DNA of 64,000 bases from the human T2T-CHM13v2.0 reference genome, Homo sapiens: assembly GCF_009914755.1 (NCBI RefSeq), contig NC_060933.1; one strand, given 5' to 3'. The position numbers were made by a program, and so were the translations under genes. This document shows, piece by piece, positions 56,775 to 64,000 of the stretch (within the stretch, counting starts at the first letter, position 1; the number at the start of each line of letters is the position of its first letter). The notes below the pieces were generated by a model. It saw only the letters and a program-made list of their open reading frames with translations. It did no database searches and had not been told where the DNA came from.

Positions 56775-58042
56775 GTGATATAATTATCTTACTAAAAATT
56801 GTTCAGAACAGGTCCATTTTAAGATGTTAAAAATAAATTATCAGTGTGAAAATCTTGTTTTCTGTAGTACTTGAACTTCATAAAATGAGGTCTTTTTTCC
56901 TTCCTTGACTTATACTAAAGCATCGCCAATTTGTTTTAATAAAATGAGGTCAATTTGACATAATTAATGTACATAAAGTTTCCATGACCCCATGAGCTCC
57001 ATGGACATCTGTAATTTGCCATCTGTGCTTGCTAACAAACGATTATTGTTGATAGAGCCTCACTGAGAAGATTCACAGTGTATGGTACTGTCTTGAGTGC
57101 CATACACATCTAACAGGTTCATTCCTTCAGCAGATATTTAGCAACTCCCATGGGCGTATGCACTGTATTGGGTGCAACTCACTCTGAAATGGTCTAGATT
57201 ATCTGTTGTCCCACCTTTGAGGTTGGATAGATATAACTTTACAAATGAGATTATAAAAGATTGGTGTTGGTAGATGGGAAAAGCTCTGAAATGATTTTCT
57301 AGGTGTCAATACCCTAAGAGATTAGCAAGCAAGTAGAATGATCAGCTACAGGTATGAAAAGGTTGTAACCAGAGGTAGCTACAAGTCAGGTGTGTAAAAG
57401 AAGAAGGCTTTACTATCTGTTATTTCAAAGTACTGAAACCTATAGATCCCAAAACAAATCATCACTTTCATTGCTTATCAGGCAGCCTCTTATGAGAAGC
57501 TGCTTCTAACCCTGTTTTCTCCTGGTGACCTTGGTACGTTTTGCCATGAGTGATTCCTGGGCCAGTAGTTCACACTGAGTGTCTTTCCAGGTGCCTTACT
57601 TGAGAGCCTCGCCTTCCGTCTTGCACAGCCACCCACAGACACATTGCTGCTCACTGGCAGGACTGGTCCTGTCGCTCCCTGTGCCATCCCCAGTCCTTCT
57701 TTAAAGGGAAAATTAAATTCTCTCTCCCTCATACCACAGTAATAGAATAGGTCTCAGAATATATCTTTAGTTAGTGCATATATGTGTAGGCGTGTTTTCT
57801 TTTGTTAATTTCAGAGATTTTTTTCCCATTAGTAATATCAGTCATGTTTTCATGAAAAAGTAATTTGAGGAATTCCTAAGTATTCAAAACCAAGCAAAAA
57901 GTACAGGATATGTGGCATCTCTTTGTATATGCTTTGTTATTACTTTGAATAATTAGAAACCATAATAAACCAAAATGAAATCTACAAATAAGGCCTGCAT
58001 TGAAATTGAATCATCAAGGAATTCTAAATTGATTTTAACTAA

Positions 58043-58596
<554 letters not shown>

Positions 58597-58796
58597 TCAC
58601 TTTTGACTCTGGATTAACCACTTTGAAGTCTCATTACTTTGAAATCGCCCATTTGACTTTGGTTCTCCCCTGTACAATTCAAATTATCTTGATTTTCTTC
58701 ATAATTTAAGTAGTATCTACAGAAGAGATAGTACCTCCCAGATAAAAGAAGCGTGTCCACTGTGGCCACTGTCACCATCACCTGTTTTAATTCTAG

Positions 58797-59102
<306 letters not shown>

Positions 59103-59267
59103 TAATTTTCTGGCATTAATCCACTTTAACCTTAAGGATTAGTGACTCGATTAAATCCAGAAAGATAGGCTTTATTTTTGAAGTGAAAGTTATTTTTTAC
59201 AAATGGATGAGTTTTCTGTTAATAGTTTGGTGTTCTATAAAGCAAATCTTGGTGTCTGACAGAGTAA

Positions 59268-59483
<216 letters not shown>

Positions 59484-60907
59484 TAGTATTATGCACATTG
59501 TACAGAGAAGGAAACTGTGTCCAAGGAGAGGTTAAGTGTCACAGCAAAGCCGTGGAGCTGGGGATAGTCCCCAGTGTTCTGAGCTCAGAGCCAGTGCTGT
59601 GCCTGATTCAGTGCTCACTGTTGCTTCATCATCAATCCCTTTTTGGAGTAGAGGTTTTATGTCTTCTGAGAATTTTATACATGTATGTCTTTTGTAATTT
59701 TTAATTTTAAAACTTGAGCATTTTGCTTAAATACACTCTTGTTAGTAGTAGTAGTTTTTTTATTTTATTTTTTCCAAAGAAGAGTGTTATGGAAAAGTTT
59801 GATAAAAATCAGTTTTATAAACTTTTATTTTCCCTATTGACTCAGTGGAACTTTGTATAGCTTGTGAAATTATTTGTAGAAGGACCAAATTGTAGACATA
59901 GTACACATATATGCACGCGTGCACACACACGCTCTCCTCCTCTCTCCTACTGGTATGTGAGAATTTCATAGGCAAGGTGAAAGACTTGCCTTTATTAACC
60001 TTCTATATTTAGGATGTTATTTCCTAGTGTTCTTTTTTACAAGCAATATAATAGACTTGCAGTTTTCTTGACCAAGTGGTATTATCATAAAGTAGATTAA
60101 TTCCATCGAATCCAAAATAGTATGCAAGATAATCAGTAGGACAAAAAACGCCAATTGTTGCAGTCATGAAGCTTAGAATTTAATAGAGCATTTTTCATAA
60201 CATGGATTATCACTTGTTAGATAGTCCCAACTGCGCTTTAAAAAAAGAGTAGTACATTTTTTATAGTAAGCATAAGTACTATGTCTTTAAGTGTTTAAAG
60301 TATTCAGAGTCCTGGTTAAAATCCTGTGTTGTTTTCATTTTAAATGAGCACAGTTTAGTTAAAAGTTAACATTGAATCCTTCCTACTACAGTTGAATATG
60401 GTATACAAAATTCTATGGTATGTTTTTAACTGTTGAACCTCTCCCCTCTCGCAAATTTGTGTCACATTTTTACAGTGGGAACATTAGGCTTTTTACTAGG
60501 AATATTTTTACATTCTTTTTTTTTTTTTAATGTATTCTCAGTGCCATTTCTCATATCTGATCTCACTGAACTCTGCTGCATCCCTCTGAGGTGGTAGACA
60601 GGTAAAATGTCTACCTGTTTGCTATTGTAAGGAAACTGAGGTGCAGACAGGTTAAGTGACCTGTGCCGTGTTCCACAGCTCAACCTGACTCCAAGCCATC
60701 TGTTTGAAGTTGAGGGTTTTTCATACCAGTAACACCCCGTCTTAATGGTAGAATAGGGTTTGAAATAAGGTCTTGCTTTGCCAGCAGAGGTGCTCATGCC
60801 ATTGGCTTGCCTGCCTAGCTGATGTCCCCAGGACAGAAGCCTCCTGACTGACCTGGTGAGGTGTCGCCAAGGGTGGATCCGATCCACCTCTGCCATTTTA
60901 AGAAAGT

Positions 60908-61191
60908 GCCACGTGGTGGCTCATGCCTGTAATCTCAGGCATAATTTGGGAGGCCAAGGCAAGAGGATCTCTTGAGCCCAGGAGTTCGAGACCAGCCTGG
61001 GCAACTTAGTGAGACCCTCTCTCTACAAAAAAAGTTTGAAAATTAGGTGTGATTGGACACATCAGTGTCGTAGTCCCAGCATCTCAGGAGACTGAGGTGG
61101 AAGGATTGCTTGAGCTCAGAAGGTCGAGGCTACAGTGAGCCATGGTCACACCACTGCACTGCAGCCTGAGTGACTGAGGGAGACCCTGTCT

Positions 61192-61233
<42 letters not shown>
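60908..61233 (+). mobile_element. Alu (AluJ-like) with A38 tail
   Basis: Alu dimer with J-type diagnostics (ttgagcccaggagttcgagaccagcctgggcaac). Pure A run at 61196-61233. Confidence 0.93.
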
Positions 61234-61234
<1 letters not shown>

Positions 61235-61388
61235 CAGCAGTACTGTCCATGACCACCTTTCACCTTTCCTTGACTGGGCTTTCTGTTTGGTCAAGGAGCA
61301 CATTACATTTGCATTTGCTCTAAGTCCTCCATACTCATGGGATTTTCTTTCAGTATTTAACATTTTTGATTATATGTTTCTTTCCTAG

Positions 61389-61496
<108 letters not shown>

Positions 61497-63230
61497 AGAC
61501 AAATCTTCATGCAGACTGGACTTCTCCTCCTGGTAGCACTTTGCTCTGTCATCCTTTTTGTTCACCCCCATCCCCGCATCTAAAACCAAGGATTTCAGAT
61601 ACTCATTGCAGTTGTGGAGTTTAATCCCCTTTCTTAACCTCACTTCCCACTTGCTATTGAATTGTGAATAGTCATTAAAAACCTGTGATACCAAATCTTC
61701 AGCTGTCTACTTGGAAGAACATGGAATAAGCATACTTAACAGTGAAAAGAATCTTTAATTATGTATTATATCTGTAATATATTTATTTTGTTTAAAGAAG
61801 GCTTTCTAACAATGACTGACTAAATAAAGCTGTCTGCTCCTGCATTGATAATGAAGGTGCGTTGTATTTGATACCCCTCCCCCCCTTTTTTTGGCAAAGG
61901 AGGGGAAAGGAAGGTTTAAAATAATTGATTTAAAATGTCACTAAGTGTAGACTGATGACTGTATAGAGATGTGAAATGTATAATTACACATGGAAGCAAT
62001 ATGTTGCTGTGTTGTTATTAGGTTTTTTTGTTTTTGTTTTCTACATCTTTTAAAGACTTTTGGAAATTTGGCTGAACAATTAGAACACAACAGGCCAACT
62101 CATACTCATTTGGATCTATTTAGACAACGTTAACCAATATATCTATAGCTTTAGATTATATTCGATAAAAGTAATTGGACTTTTTTTCTTTTTTTGACTC
62201 GTTGACAAGTGTCTTTGTAATATGTTTTTAGTTCCCTTTTTTTGTTGTATTATAGGCAGATGAACAAATTAAATTTGGCCTCAAAGAGAGAACTTACTCC
62301 CTTCTGGATATTTTTGCCACATTTCTTTGCAAAAGGAGATATATATATCTTTAGTCAGTTTTGTTGTTATGAGAAATTATGGGTTATTTTGTGGCATGCT
62401 CTTTGGGAGCTGCACAGTTATGGGGAGGACTCCCACTGCTGTGCAAGTTAAGTCTTTTACAAAACAAGGACAGCAGAGGAGGGTTTGCAGAGACCTCCCT
62501 CTGAAAAACACAAAGAATGGACTCTCTCCTGGGATGAGGACTTGCTTTCTTTACCTCCGGTTCTTTCCATGTCTTAGTTGGATGTCCCTGAAATGGACAC
62601 AGGCTGTGCCATTGTGCCAGAAACATTGTGTTATCTTTTATGTTGTTGTTGTTGCTGTTAAACTATAATATGTGACTTCTTTTTTTATTATTTTTTGTTT
62701 GAATGCTTTAAAAATCTTTTAAGTCTGTGGATCTGCTGATGTACAGTGCCTTTGCTGCTATGGATCAAAATCAAAAGAACCGTGTAGATATACTTTATTG
62801 TATAAGTAGAAAATTACTTAATTTCATACTAGAAATGGATGGATGCTGCAAGTTGAAATGGACTGTCCATTGACGTTCCTAATGTGGTAGCAGAAAAAAA
62901 TGGTGTCTTAAGTGCTTAGTGTTTGATGTCATTAACAGTTTCGTAAAACTCTACAGTGTAGAAAGATTTTGATACTAAACTGTGCGTTGTACATAGTTCT
63001 AATGCATTGTATTGACCACCAGTACTTCTATAATGGTAGATTGTTTGTGAATTCAGACTTTTAAGCATTAAACATAAATAACTTCTAGTATGCTTATTTT
63101 TCTAATTCTTTGTCTTGATGACATTAGTTTATTTTTTATCTTTGGCTGTGCCACTCCTATATATTAAAAATGCCTAGTTTTTTCAAGGGAGATTGTTGTT
63201 AAAGTAAAGTGGTTTTTTTTGTTGTTAAAG
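61497..63230 (+). other. TLE4: TLE4 3'UTR (end approximate)
   Basis: AU/U-rich sequence after the stop codon with no recognisable repeats. Distal hexamers ATTAAA (63067, 63163) and AGTAAA (63203) are followed by a GU/U-rich tract. Confidence 0.75.
61823..61828 (+). terminator. Proximal polyadenylation signal AATAAA
   Basis: Canonical hexamer with upstream UGUA motifs and GU-containing downstream sequence. Confidence 0.6.
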
Positions 63231-63280
63231 TAATGTGGGTTTTTTTCACTGTTGCTGTTTTTGTTTTGGTTTTGTCTTTA
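63163..63280 (+). terminator. Distal polyadenylation region (ATTAAA 63163, AGTAAA 63203, downstream GU/U-rich element)
   Basis: Variant hexamers followed by gtgggtttttttt...gttgctgtttttgttttggttttgt. Confidence 0.55.
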
Positions 63281-63422
63281 CTTGAGAGGAGCTAGAAAAG
63301 GTAGGTGATAGAAGTTAACAGTGACCAGTTGGTGCTAAATATTTATTGAGTACCTCTTTGATTTATAAAAATACTGCTTACCAAAAGGTTATCATGTCCC
63401 TCAAACCCTTGATGCTTTAGAG

Positions 63423-63570
63423 CTATGCTGTTCAATATGGTTACCCTAGGCATTTGTGGCTCTTTAAATTTATTAAAGTTAAATAAAACTAGAAATCTAA
63501 TTTACCAGTCACACAAACTACATTTCAAGTGTCAAGTAGCCACATGTGGCTAATGGCTACCGTATTGGAC
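63423..63570. mobile_element. MER3-like hAT-Charlie element
   Basis: gctgttcaatatgg...cagtcacac..acatttcaagtg..tagccacatgtggctaatggctaccgtattggac. Confidence 0.75.
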
Positions 63571-64000
63571 TAGACACATCAACACGGGCTTTAAGTTAGC
63601 CAATGTAAACCATTGCCAGCCATGTGGATTTGGGAAGCATTTCTAGCATAACACACTGAGGTCTTTACACCAGGCTTCTTGGGCTGCTACTGGTTGGGTG
63701 TATGAAGATTCAGTATAAAGAGGAGTTTAAATTAAGAATTCTAAAGTGCTGGGACTCAAAAATCCGACATTTTAAGGTTCTACTAAGTAGGAGGATTGGA
63801 AGCCCCACAGTAGTCTGGAGGGATCATCTATAAGAGATACTTCGGTTGCTGAGTTAAGTACAGTATTCATCAGTTGGACTGGAAGCCGCACTTCCATTGT
63901 GATACCATGTGCGTTGTTACATCAAATGATGACATACAAGTCATTGAAGGCTGGCTGAAAAATTAAAAACCATAAAAAACATGGGGGTAAGTGATCATCT

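Overview
This is eukaryotic (human/primate) genomic DNA, not prokaryotic. It holds the 3' part of TLE4, the Groucho/TLE-family corepressor gene, on the + strand. About 41 kb belongs to a very large intron. Twelve GT-AG coding exons follow (41132-61496); they splice in frame into 570 aa plus a stop codon, covering the CcN, SP and WD40 domains and ending ...[10 protein letters not shown]. There is also an in-frame 96-nt cassette exon (43472-43567) and a 3'UTR of about 1.7 kb with tandem poly(A) signals. The introns carry a 5'-truncated antisense L1PA, eight Alus, MER/Tigger DNA-transposon fossils, MLT1 LTRs, MIR/L2 relics and microsatellites. The most unusual structures are: (1) a 292-bp, 98.6%-identical inverted duplication of apparently non-repeat sequence (11609-11900 / 12671-12962); (2) a ~120-nt hairpin carrying paired TCF/LEF motifs (24960-25083); (3) a tailless tRNA-Met retrocopy (42009-42052); (4) an RFX/CCAAT/homeodomain motif cluster at the window start; and (5) several candidate cryptic exons in the long intron that would give TLE4 isoforms lacking the Q domain or lacking the WD40 domain. 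I found no evidence of a wholly new multi-gene system. Repeat family names and exon numbers come from recalled consensus sequences and were not database-checked.
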